In this document: piece by piece, positions 26,211 to 36,500 of the stretch
Layout: each line of letters begins with the position of its first letter
Numbering within the stretch: the first letter of the stretch is position 1
DNA from: an uncultured Verrucomicrobiota bacterium
Lineage (GTDB): Bacteria; Verrucomicrobiota; Kiritimatiellia; CAIKKV01; CAITUY01
Length of the DNA: 58,613 bases
Assembly: GCA_964535015.1 (NCBI GenBank)
Contig: CAZHRU010000004.1
Coordinates: 2,716 to 61,328, forward strand
Reading direction: 5' to 3'
Notes under the pieces: model-generated
Seen by the model: the letters and a program-made list of their open reading frames with translations, nothing else
Databases searched by the model: none
What the model was told of the DNA's origin: nothing
Position numbers and translations under genes: made by a program

Positions 26211-27668
26211 TTACACCACGTAAGTGGAACTAGCCGTCTTACCGCCACGCCCCGTCCAATCCGTGTGGAAAAACTTGCCACGGGGTTTGTCGGTCCGCTC
26301 GTACATGTGCGCCCCGAAATAGTCCCGTTGCGCCTGCAACAGGTTCGCCGGCAGGCGTTCACTGCGATACGAGTCGTAGTAACTCAACGCCGCACACATG
26401 GACGGAACCGGAATCCCAAGATCAATCGCCGTCTTGATAACGGTACGCCACGACTTCTGCGCCTTGGCCACCGTCTTCTTGAAGTGGGCATCCAACAGCA
26501 GATTGGCCAGTTTGGGCTTCTTGTCATACGCCGCCTTGATGGCATCCAGGAACTGCGCCCGGATAATGCAACCTCCACGCCACATGAGGGCAATCTCACC
26601 AAAGTTGAGTTTCCACTTGTACTCCTGTGACGCCGCCCGCAACAGTTGATAACCCTGCGCGTACGAACAAATCTTGGACGCATACAGCGCGTCGTGGATC
26701 TGCGCTACCAACTTGGCCTTGTCCTTCTTGTAAAGCTTGCGGGGCCCCTTCAACTTGGCACTGGCAGCCACACGCTCGTCCTTGATGGCGGAAATACAGC
26801 GGGCAAACACCGCCTCCGCGATCTGCGGAATGGCCACCCCCAGATCGAGACCGGCCTGCGAGGTCCATTTCCCGGTACCCTTCTGCCCGGCCGTGTCAAG
26901 GATCATGTCCACCATCGGCTTGCCCGTCTCCGGATCCTTCACCCCCAGAATGTCGCGCGTAATCTCAATCAGATACGAGTCCAACACTCCCTTGTTCCAC
27001 GTCGCGAAAATCTCGTGCATCTCCGCCGCCGACATGCCCAATCCCACCGACATCAACTGGTAGGCCTCGCAGATGAGTTGCATGTCGCCATACTCAATTC
27101 CGTTATGCACCATCTTGACGAAATGGCCCGCCCCATCATCGCCAATCCAGTCGCAACAGGGCGACCCATCCGCCACCTTGGCCGCAATCGCCTGGAAAAT
27201 CGGCTTCACATGCGGCCACGCTTTGGCATTGCCTCCCGGCATGATCGACGGCCCCTTGAGCGCCCCTTCTTCTCCCCCGGAGACCCCTGTTCCAATAAAC
27301 AGGATGCCCTTCTTCTCCAGCGACTGGGTGCGACGCACCGAATCCGGATAGTGACTGTTGCCACCATCAATCAGGATGTCTCCTGGCGACAAATGAGGAA
27401 GAATCTGATCGATGAATTCGTCAACCGGCTTGCCGGCCTTCACCATCAACATGATCTTGCGCGGAGAACTCAGACTGCTCACCAACTCCTCGATGCTGTG
27501 GCACCCCACAAACTTCTTCCCCTTGCCTCGCCCATTGATAAATTCATCCACTTTGCTGACAGTCCGGTTGTAGCAAGCCACCGTGAACCCGTGGCTTTCC
27601 ATGTTCAAAATCAGGTTCTCACCCATCACCGCCAACCCAACCAGTCCAATATCTGCCTTTTGCGTCAT
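26211..27668 (-). CDS. gnd: 6-phosphogluconate dehydrogenase, decarboxylating
   Basis: [47 protein letters not shown]. Confidence 0.97.
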   Translation of the reverse strand: MTQKADIGLVGLAVMGENLILNMESHGFTVACYNRTVSKVDEFINGRGKGKKFVGCHSIEELVSSLSSPRKIMLMVKAGKPVDEFIDQILPHLSPGDILIDGGNSHYPDSVRRTQSLEKKGILFIGTGVSGGEEGALKGPSIMPGGNAKAWPHVKPIFQAIAAKVADGSPCCDWIGDDGAGHFVKMVHNGIEYGDMQLICEAYQLMSVGLGMSAAEMHEIFATWNKGVLDSYLIEITRDILGVKDPETGKPMVDMILDTAGQKGTGKWTSQAGLDLGVAIPQIAEAVFARCISAIKDERVAASAKLKGPRKLYKKDKAKLVAQIHDALYASKICSYAQGYQLLRAASQEYKWKLNFGEIALMWRGGCIIRAQFLDAIKAAYDKKPKLANLLLDAHFKKTVAKAQKSWRTVIKTAIDLGIPVPSMCAALSYYDSYRSERLPANLLQAQRDYFGAHMYERTDKPRGKFFHTDWTGRGGKTASSTYVV

Positions 27669-27736
27669 CGTCTTTTACCTTTCGTCATCGGCGGACTTCC
27701 CCGCCTCTAGTTGATTGTGTCCACACCTTGTACCGA

Positions 27737-28594
27737 TCACACACCACTGAACGCACTGAATCCACCGTCCACGGGTATCACCGTCCCCGTGACAAAACCG
27801 GCGGCCTGCTCACTCGACAACCACAGCAAGGCCCCGATAAGATCCCCGGCACTCCCGAATTTCCCCATCGGGGTATGCGCAATGATCGTATTCCCCCGCG
27901 GCGTTAATGTCCCGTCCGGTTTGGTCAACAAAGTGCGGTTCTGGTCCGTCAGGAAAAACCCGGGAGCAATCGCATTGACCCGGATCCCCACCTTGGAGAA
28001 ATGCACCGCCAGCCACTGCGTGAAGTTGCTGACCGCCGCCTTGGCGCCACTATACGCAGGAATCTTCGTCAACGGCGTAAAGGCGTTCATGGAGGAGATA
28101 TTGATCACACACCCACGCCCCGCCCTGGCCATGCCTTTTGTGAAAACCTGCGTCGGCAGCAAGGTGCCAAGGAAGTTCAGGTTGAAAACAAACTCAATCC
28201 CTTTCGGGTCCAGATCGTAGAAGGTCGTGACCCCTTCCACAGCCCCCTTCAAATCCTCCGGCAACAGGAACTCCCGTGTCGTCGTCCCTTTAGGATGATT
28301 GCCCCCCGCTCCATTGACAAGGATCGTCACCGGACCGAACGTCTTCTCAATCTCAGCGTTGCATTGCTCCAAACTGGCCTTTTCCAACACATTGCAGGCA
28401 AAGGCCGCCGCTTTCCCTCCTGCCGCCCGGATACTGGCGGCGACTTTCTCAGCACCATCGGCCCGCAAATCAGTCACCGCCACCTTGGCGCCACATTCGG
28501 CAAGCGCCTCAGCCATAGTACTGCACAGTACCCCTCCCGCTCCCGTCACCACCACCACTTCGTTATCCAACTTCACCCGCATCGGTACCGCCAT
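27737..28594 (-). CDS. SDR oxidoreductase, D-mannonate oxidoreductase (UxuB-like)
   Basis: TGAGGVL, NGAGGNHPKGTT, PLTKIPAYSGAK, VDGGFSAFSGV. Confidence 0.88.
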   Translation of the reverse strand: MAVPMRVKLDNEVVVVTGAGGVLCSTMAEALAECGAKVAVTDLRADGAEKVAASIRAAGGKAAAFACNVLEKASLEQCNAEIEKTFGPVTILVNGAGGNHPKGTTTREFLLPEDLKGAVEGVTTFYDLDPKGIEFVFNLNFLGTLLPTQVFTKGMARAGRGCVINISSMNAFTPLTKIPAYSGAKAAVSNFTQWLAVHFSKVGIRVNAIAPGFFLTDQNRTLLTKPDGTLTPRGNTIIAHTPMGKFGSAGDLIGALLWLSSEQAAGFVTGTVIPVDGGFSAFSGV

Positions 28595-28654
28595 AATCTT
28601 TACCTCCTCATACCCCTGATCTTTGAAATGCAGCCGATAAAATAGTACATCACT

Positions 28655-29779
28655 TCAACATTTTGCAACCATTTTTGCAACCTCAATCGTTTGAGGGAAT
28701 CGTTTGACCCAAGCCGGACCATTGCATAACGCATCGGCCACCTTGCGATATACGCGCGACATGGGATAGTTCACGGCTTCGCCAGGACGAATCCAGCGAA
28801 AGCCCACCGAGGAATTCAACCGCACCCGCCCCTCGACCCACCGGCACCGTAATACGGTCAGGTTCACGCAAAAATGCGAATAGGCATGACGTAGTTCGAG
28901 GACATGGCCCCCGGCAAGGACCCTCAATCCCGTCGCCTCCAGAACCTTCCGTTCCAGAGTCCTTGTGAGATCCTCCCCGCGTTTGCATCGTCCACCATGG
29001 AACACCCATAGACCGCCCAGTAACCCGCGCGCAGGACACCGCACAATCAAAACACGCCCCGCTTTCCATACCACCCCGGCAACCTCTTCATGGTTCGGCA
29101 CCGCCCGGGCAACGTGTACCACCGGCAGGTCCTTGGTGCGCCCCGTTCGCCGGGCAACGCAACGCCCCGCCAGCACACAAAGTTCACATTTCGGGTTCTT
29201 TGGCCGACAGATCAACGCCCCAGTCTCCATAATGGCCTGATTGAAATGCGAAGGGTTCACCCGGCGGATCACGGGAGTCAGACGCCGCCGGATCTCGTCC
29301 GCTAAAGCGGCATCACGCAAAGCCGTTTCGAGTCCCCAAAAACGTGAAAACACCCGCAGAACATTGCCATCCACCGCCGGCACCGCTTCACCAAAGGCAA
29401 TGCTGGCAATGGCCGCCGCCGTGTAGGCGCCAACACCGGGAAATTCCCTCAGTTCATCCGATGTGTGAGGAGGAACACCCCCAAAATCCCCCACAATCTT
29501 CCTTGCCGCCGCCTGCAGGTTCCTTGCTCGTGAATAATAACCAAGACCCTCCCAGCATCGAAGCACATCCTCCACCGTGGCCCCGGCCAGTTCTTCAAAC
29601 CCGGCAAACCGATCCACAAACCGGTCAAAATAGGGGATCACGGTGGCTACCTGCGTCTGCTGAAGCATCACTTCACTGATCCACACCTTGTACGGCGACG
29701 GATCAGAACGCCAAGGCATCGGCCGGTGCCCCTTCTCAAACCACTTCACCAATCTATCCGGCCACTTCGGAACCGACAT
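28655..29779 (-). CDS. mutY: A/G-specific adenine glycosylase MutY
   Basis: WISEVMLQQTQV, WEGLGYYSRARN, PGVGAYTA, VDGNV, C-x6-C-x2-C-x5-C, NUDIX-like C-terminus. Confidence 0.96.
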   Translation of the reverse strand: MSVPKWPDRLVKWFEKGHRPMPWRSDPSPYKVWISEVMLQQTQVATVIPYFDRFVDRFAGFEELAGATVEDVLRCWEGLGYYSRARNLQAAARKIVGDFGGVPPHTSDELREFPGVGAYTAAAIASIAFGEAVPAVDGNVLRVFSRFWGLETALRDAALADEIRRRLTPVIRRVNPSHFNQAIMETGALICRPKNPKCELCVLAGRCVARRTGRTKDLPVVHVARAVPNHEEVAGVVWKAGRVLIVRCPARGLLGGLWVFHGGRCKRGEDLTRTLERKVLEATGLRVLAGGHVLELRHAYSHFCVNLTVLRCRWVEGRVRLNSSVGFRWIRPGEAVNYPMSRVYRKVADALCNGPAWVKRFPQTIEVAKMVAKC

Positions 29780-30037
29780 TTGCACCTCACCCTTCCCGTC
29801 ATCAACACCCGGCATGATTCATGCTTCTTACCCTTGAAGTCGCCAGTCGTCAAAACAGTTTGTGCCCCATGATGTCCACCACCAGGAGAATCCGGCGCCG
29901 TGACCGCTCCTCTGCCGAGGAATTATGTTGGTCTCACGAAGCACTTTGGCTTGCCCATCTTGGAATCTTCTGTTTAAGTGAATCATGTTGTTTTTGTATT
30001 GCGCAACTGTGGCGCCCCGTATCAGGATGTGGACGGA

Positions 30038-31057
30038 ATGAATAAAATCACCGATCTGTCAAAGCTCTTCCAGCGTGGCTACGCGGATGTCCTTGGATTG
30101 GACATCGGAAGTTCCTCCACCAAGGCTATCCGACTCAAGAAAGTCAACGGCACACTCACACTCGTCGCCGCCGACATCCTGCCCCGCATAACGCTTCCCG
30201 CCACCGCCACAGAATCCGCCCCCCCTCTCTCCATTCCCCGCGCACTTCAGGGACGCTATGTGGCCATTGCCTCTTCGGCTCCGGGCGCAATCGTCAAACT
30301 GCTGACAATGCCAATCCATTCTGACAAATCGACCGACGCCCATGTTAATGAACTGATGGGCCTTGGCGATAATGCCGACTACCGGGTCAGTTATGAACAG
30401 GTGTCTGAGGGTCGCGCCGAACACAAGGTGCTGGCAGCAGGTCTCCCTGGCCAGACCGCCAAGGCGCTGTGCCAGTTGTTCCCAACCGGGATTCCCGCCC
30501 CTTGTTCCGTCGAAATATCGGGCCTCGCCAGCATGACGGCGTTCAGCGCTGGCCCAGGCGCCAAACATAAGAACGATATCGTGGCGGCCATCGACTTTGG
30601 CGCCTCTTCATCCTATGTGGCTTTCTTCAACAAAGGAGTGATGTCCCTGATCCGAAAGTTCGACATGGGGTCGGACGCCCTGCTCAAGCGCTTGCAGACC
30701 TCCCTGGGCGTTGACGAAAACGTCGCCTTGGGCATTCTGAACGACGGATCGTTTGATATCAGCCAGATCCTGAGACAAACCATGGAGCCGTTCCTCCAGC
30801 AACTCACCATATCATGGGATTTTGTGGAACGCCGCGAAAACAGCCAAATTTCCAGCCTCTATGCCAGCGGCGGCCTCTCCGGCCTCAAGACCTGGGCAAA
30901 GGAAATTCAGAGTGTCACCAGCCGGGAACCCATCGTTTGGAACCCGTTTGACTGTACGAGTATCCAGCCTGGCGCCATTCCTGACCGGCTGAAAGGACAG
31001 GAATCCCGTTTCGCGGCCGCCATGGGATCAGCCATTGCCACTCAAGGGAGCCGTTGA
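30038..31057 (+). CDS. pilM: PilM-like actin-fold alignment protein
   Basis: LGLDIGSSSTKAI, IDFGASSS, YASGG, VWNPF, FAAAMGSA. Confidence 0.88.
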   Translation: MNKITDLSKLFQRGYADVLGLDIGSSSTKAIRLKKVNGTLTLVAADILPRITLPATATESAPPLSIPRALQGRYVAIASSAPGAIVKLLTMPIHSDKSTDAHVNELMGLGDNADYRVSYEQVSEGRAEHKVLAAGLPGQTAKALCQLFPTGIPAPCSVEISGLASMTAFSAGPGAKHKNDIVAAIDFGASSSYVAFFNKGVMSLIRKFDMGSDALLKRLQTSLGVDENVALGILNDGSFDISQILRQTMEPFLQQLTISWDFVERRENSQISSLYASGGLSGLKTWAKEIQSVTSREPIVWNPFDCTSIQPGAIPDRLKGQESRFAAAMGSAIATQGSR

Positions 31058-31665
31058 TGCACATCAACCTGATATTGGAAACAGAGCAACGTAGCGCCAG
31101 TCCGGTGTCTCTGACCACCTTGCTCAAGATTGTCGGCGGCACGATCCTCGTCGGCCTCGTCCTCTGGCTCATTGCTGTATATTCATCCTATCGGAACCTC
31201 GAGGAAAGCGTCAAACAATCCACCGCAAAACGAATACTCACGGAACCCAAGCATGACGCCGCCAAACAACTCAGGGCCGACCTGATCCAGAAGTCCACTA
31301 AACTCAAGGAAATCCAGACGTGGCGAACAACAAGGATTAACTGGGGCCTGCAGTTGGAAAGCCTGCAGGCCATCACCCCGCCCCTGGTCCAACTCACGGA
31401 GATCCATATCTCCCAGGACATCCTCGTACGGTCCAACAACATCCCCGCCCGTGTTTTCGAGTTACGCCTGGCCGGCAAGACCGGCGCCGCCCACTCGGAA
31501 TCCAGCGTCAGCGAATTCCAGCAGGCCCTGTTCAAGCAACCTCCTTTTGATTCCTTTATCGAGTCGGTAAGTATCCCGCCAGGCGCATTCCGGCAGGACC
31601 CCCTGAGCAAAATGGACCGCGTGTTCGAAATCGTCTGTAAGTTCAACCCAAGGTCGTTTGAATGA
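31057..31665 (+). CDS. PilN-like protein
   Basis: N-terminal INL motif, TM helix, coiled coil; follows pilM. Confidence 0.75.
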   Translation: MHINLILETEQRSASPVSLTTLLKIVGGTILVGLVLWLIAVYSSYRNLEESVKQSTAKRILTEPKHDAAKQLRADLIQKSTKLKEIQTWRTTRINWGLQLESLQAITPPLVQLTEIHISQDILVRSNNIPARVFELRLAGKTGAAHSESSVSEFQQALFKQPPFDSFIESVSIPPGAFRQDPLSKMDRVFEIVCKFNPRSFE

Positions 31666-32306
31666 AACTCCCAGAGAATAAGAAGGAACGTCTCCAGGTC
31701 TTTATCCTGATCGGAGTTGGTGTCGTGGCCGTTCTCTACGCCGTGATGCAACTTCTGATTACCCCTTTTAATACCTCCAAAGAAAAACTCAGATCCACCC
31801 TGCAAACCACTCAAGACTATCTGGATAAGGCCGAACGCGAACTCAAGTTCGCCCCCACCCTCAAGCAGGAATTCGAATCAGTCTCGCAAGAACTCGACCA
31901 AACAATCGCCTCCAACGTGTTGCACGCCATCCTGGGCGCCTATCTGGTCGGCGTCCAGACGGAACTGGAAACTCAGGCCCGCGCTTTGAACTTTAAACTG
32001 GACGAGGTCCTGGAAATCGGCATCCGCGAACTTCCCCGCCCAAGCAAGAAAGGCTCTACCCCCGCCCCCGTCTACTTTAAGTCATACAGCGTTCAAGTCT
32101 CCGCCCGCGCCTCCTACGAACAAGCCTCGTCTTTCATCAAGAACCTGGAGACAGTTAACCCCTATCTCTGCGTGTCCGATATCCGCATCACCGGACAGGC
32201 CGATGACCCGGAACATCACCGGTTGAACCTTAAGATCGAATGGCCGATCGAAGCTGAAGCCGAAAAAGGAAGAAGCACCACGGGTGAGCGGGGAGGTGGC
32301 TCATGA
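31662..32306 (+). CDS. PilO/GspM-like protein
   Basis: TM, coiled coil, ASYEQASSFIKNLE ferredoxin-like domain; operon position. Confidence 0.75.
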   Translation: MKLPENKKERLQVFILIGVGVVAVLYAVMQLLITPFNTSKEKLRSTLQTTQDYLDKAERELKFAPTLKQEFESVSQELDQTIASNVLHAILGAYLVGVQTELETQARALNFKLDEVLEIGIRELPRPSKKGSTPAPVYFKSYSVQVSARASYEQASSFIKNLETVNPYLCVSDIRITGQADDPEHHRLNLKIEWPIEAEAEKGRSTTGERGGGS

Positions 32307-32830
32307 CACGATCACCCCGGCAATGCCTCCCATCCCTCATCGCCTTCCTCTCCCTCGCTGGCCTCCTTCAAGCACAACTGTTGCCAATGCCCACCCCTCC
32401 CAATCCGGGCAATGGCAACAGTTTCCCGCCTGTACTGGGGCCAACCGGAATGCCCGCTCAGACGGGCGAACCCGATCTGGACCGGAAACGTGATCCATTC
32501 TGGCCAGTGGGATATCTCCCCAGGAAACCCGTCGCCATCCGTAGTACACCCGCCACAGGCCCCGGCACCCCTACGCCCCCCGAATCCGAAAAACTCAGCC
32601 TGCCGGACTGGGACGCCGCCAGGAAACTCCTCAATATCCAAGGCGTAAGTCTCATCGGGCGCGAGAAACAGACAAACGCCCAGAAATACCTGGCCATGAT
32701 CGGCGGACGCCTCGTGGAGACAGGCAACGCCGTTTCCGTCACATTCAATTCCTACGTGTATCGTTGGAAAATCACGGAAATCAAGGCCGACGGAATCTCA
32801 CTGGTGAAAATAGATGTGCGCCCTGAATAA
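32303..32830 (+). CDS. PilP/GspC-like periplasmic protein
   Basis: Signal peptide, Pro-rich linker, RDPFWP motif, C-terminal beta domain. Confidence 0.65.
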   Translation: MTRSPRQCLPSLIAFLSLAGLLQAQLLPMPTPPNPGNGNSFPPVLGPTGMPAQTGEPDLDRKRDPFWPVGYLPRKPVAIRSTPATGPGTPTPPESEKLSLPDWDAARKLLNIQGVSLIGREKQTNAQKYLAMIGGRLVETGNAVSVTFNSYVYRWKITEIKADGISLVKIDVRPE

Positions 32831-32841
32831 GGCACTGAGAA

Positions 32842-33495
32842 ATGGAGAACACTATGATCAAGCCTACCCTGCGGAAATTAATCGGCACCCTGAGTCTTCT
32901 GGCCTTGGCGCCTTTTCTCCCAACCGGCTGCGATGACCCGAGCACCAGCGAGTTGGACGGTTACTTCGAGTCACACCCCTTCGTTCAGGACCCGCGCTCA
33001 ACCTCGGCGCAGGTCGTGAACATCAATCCTTCCTCGGCATCCATCAGTTCCATCGGCGGCCGCATCATCTTCAGAGCGTCCGGAGGTGAAGGGGGATACA
33101 CATGGGACGTCTCCAATACGTCCATGGGCACCATCACTCTCAGCGGCAACTCTCAGGCCGTCTACATCTCCTCCGCCATCGGCGACAACGAAATCATCGT
33201 CTATGACGCCTCCGGCAATGCCGCCATCGCCTATGTCAGCGGAGCCGCAGACAACGAGATGACCATCACGGCCGCCCCCAACACCCTGTCTGCCGACAAC
33301 GCCCTGTGCGTCGTGACCGTCACGGGTGGAAGCGCCCCATACTCATGGACCGTCACCGACTCCGGTCGCGGCAATTTCCCCTCGGGTAACACCGGCGTCA
33401 GTGTCGTGTACCGACGCTACAGCGCCGGCGATAACGCGGTTACCGTCACGGACGGCGCCGGTAACACCACCAGTCTGATTATCAGTCAACCCTGA
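32842..33495 (+). CDS. Lipoprotein with two Ig-like repeats
   Basis: LPTG|C lipobox; SGGEGGYTW and TGGSAPYSW repeats with D..GN strands. Confidence 0.75.
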   Translation: MENTMIKPTLRKLIGTLSLLALAPFLPTGCDDPSTSELDGYFESHPFVQDPRSTSAQVVNINPSSASISSIGGRIIFRASGGEGGYTWDVSNTSMGTITLSGNSQAVYISSAIGDNEIIVYDASGNAAIAYVSGAADNEMTITAAPNTLSADNALCVVTVTGGSAPYSWTVTDSGRGNFPSGNTGVSVVYRRYSAGDNAVTVTDGAGNTTSLIISQP

Positions 33496-33538
33496 ACAGG
33501 CGGAAATACCCGCCCGAATTCAGGAAAGGAGTATAACC

Positions 33539-36500
33539 GTGAAAAGCGCGCCTCTGCGAAAACAACTCGCGGCAGGATTGGTCATTGCTCTTGGCCTTGT
33601 ATGGCTGACCCCCGCCCAGTCCCAGACAATCTCAGTTCAGATTTTCAATAGTTCCCTCTGGCGCGAAAATGTCGCGGCACCCCCGGGTAATGGCGACGGC
33701 CAGGGCACGATGCAGATCGGCATCTGGATCTCCGATAACGGCAAGGTCGATCCGCCACTCGCACTGTTTTCGATAACCAACGGCACGCTTCCCCTCGCCT
33801 ATGGCCCTTACGAGGTCTCCATTGCCGGAATCTCTAACTTCGGCCCCTGCATAGTCACCGCCTGGATCGATGGCAACAACAACGCCACCGTGGACCCAGG
33901 CGAACCTTACGGCGATTCTGCAATCGAAATCAAAACAGCGCCAATTAGCACCACTGTTTCCATCGTTGACGACAACGACAACGACAACCTGCCGGACTGG
34001 TGGGAGTATCACTGGTTCCGCTTTTCCGCAAAACCCTTCAGCCAGACAGGCGGCGACGATCCCGACAAGGACGGTCTCTCCAACCAGCAAGAAGCAGAAA
34101 TCAGCCTCACCATCCCCGGCATGGACTACCTGAACCCCGGCAATTGGGACACCGATGGCGATGGCATGGATGACCAGTGGGAAGCCAAGTACTACTCCGA
34201 GGAATACGCCGAGGGAACCCAACCCTGCCAAGCCGATTCAGGCGTGGACTTGGATGGCGACGGCCTCTCTAACTGGCAAGAGTATTGCGGCATTGACCAC
34301 TATCCACCCAAGCAAGCGCTGCAATTCCTCGATGGCGTGTACGTGGCCAAACCAAATGCGTCAACCACCGATGACCTCAACCCCCTCGACATCGATACCG
34401 ATTTCGATCTCCTCATCGACAGTTTTGAGGCCGCCTGGTATGACCCCGCCAACGGAATTGACCCCAAGGTGGGATTTTCAAAAATCCCTTCGGGCACAAA
34501 CGTCAACACCACCATCGCCAAAGCCGATTCCGATGCGGACGGATTGACCAACTACCGGGAACAGTGCCTCCTTGCCGAACTGCGACAGGGATCCGGAAAC
34601 AATGACAAGTGGACGTGGCAGGACCGCATCCCCTTCCCTCAGGTCACTTACTTTGCCTACGACTTGAAGGTAGTCCGTATCTGTTACATGAGCTTCTCGG
34701 GAACCAACCTGAGTCTCGGCCTCGACCCCTCCGAGGTCATTAGCACCTCCGGCAACCGCACCGCTCTTCGATCTCACGAGTGGACCGACCCCACCGATGG
34801 CACCGGGTATGATTTCGTCGACGAGAACATCCCCGCAGGCCACGATACTGACGCCGATGGATTACCCGACGGATGGGAAGTCGAATTCAATCTCGACCCG
34901 CGTGACAACGGCAGCGTTCTACGTAGAAACGGCGCCGCCGGAGACCCGGACAATGACGGTCTCCGGAACATCAATGAGTACCTGGGACAGGATGGCTACC
35001 GGTTCACCACACGCCCTTATATCAATGGCACCGGCGACGAAACCAATCCCAACGAATACAACCACCGACCGGACTCAACCTATCTCTGGCGCTGGTATCC
35101 CACCAACCTGTTGATCAGTCCCATCACGGACCCACGCGCCGGCACAGGGATCAACCGGAATGAAACCATGGGCAGCGCTCTACCAAGCATCAGCATCGGC
35201 CAGGATAAAGGAAATGATACCGACGATGACGGCATTATGGACAGCAGGGAAATGTTCCCCCTCACCGGCCAACTGAAATCCAGCCCCGTCCATTCATGCG
35301 ACCCCTTCATCCCCCGTTCCATCCTCGTCACCAGCTCGAATGGCATCGCCATCCCCGACCCCGAACCCGCCAGCACCAGCGGCTTTACCCCTGCAGGCAC
35401 TCGCGAAGACCTTCAACGCCGCGACTGGACCCTTGAATGCTACGTCAAATTGCTCGGCACCAACCTGACCGGCGACCTCCTGAACTTCCGCACCATGGAT
35501 GACTTCAGCAACCCGATAGTCTACCAACTCTCACTCTCAAACAACGTTCCGGGAATTCTCTTCCAGGACAACGACTTGATCCCCGCCCAGACCGTCTCGG
35601 CCAATACGCTTCCCACCAACCAGTGGATCCATGTCGCCGCCGTCTGGAACCACGCCAGAAACAGCCTCGGACTGTACATCAACGGCGTCCTTGACATGGC
35701 CATCGAAAACGTTAACGAAAACTTCTCCATCTTTATGTTCCCCGCCACCAACCGCCTCGCCCTGGCCGTCTCACCCGATGACTCATTCACCGGAAAACTG
35801 ATGCTCGACGAAGTACGCATTTGGGGAACGCCTCGAACCGCCTCCCAGATTGCCGCCTTTGCCAGCCGCCTGGCGCCTTCGCACAATGGCGATGACGTCT
35901 GGATTAACTCGGAATCCTCCGAGTACTACACCCATGCCGACACAGTCATTGTCAACGGCGGATCCCTCTTCGATGGCGAACCCGGCACGGCGCTCGCCAA
36001 CGTCTGCAATAACGGAGCCAACTTCTGGATCGACAACGGCGACAAGCAATACAATGCCACCAGAGACGTCCTCCTGAAGAATGACGGCACCATCAAGGAA
36101 GGCCTCATCGGCACGCTGGTCGCCAATGTATTCTGGAACGACAAGGACGGCGACGGATCGTTCTCCCGTAACAGTCTCCTCGCCTACTATCGCTTCGATG
36201 ACGGCGGAGCCACCGCCGAGGATTTCGCCCGCCGCGCCAAGTCGGGCTTGATGGGATCAACCCGCGAGGAATATGAGTTCGGCGACCGCGGTTACGCATT
36301 GCCCACCAACAACTTCCTCTTCATCACCAACGATGTCGCCCCCGTCTATGGCGTCGATAAACGCGGCGCCGATGATTCGGATGGCGATGGAATGCCCGAC
36401 GCCTGGGAAATGGTCTGGCATCTTGATCCGTGGGACAACGGCACCAAGGATGAAAGCGCCCCTGGAATGCAGGATGGCCCTGGCGGCCCCAAAGGCGACC

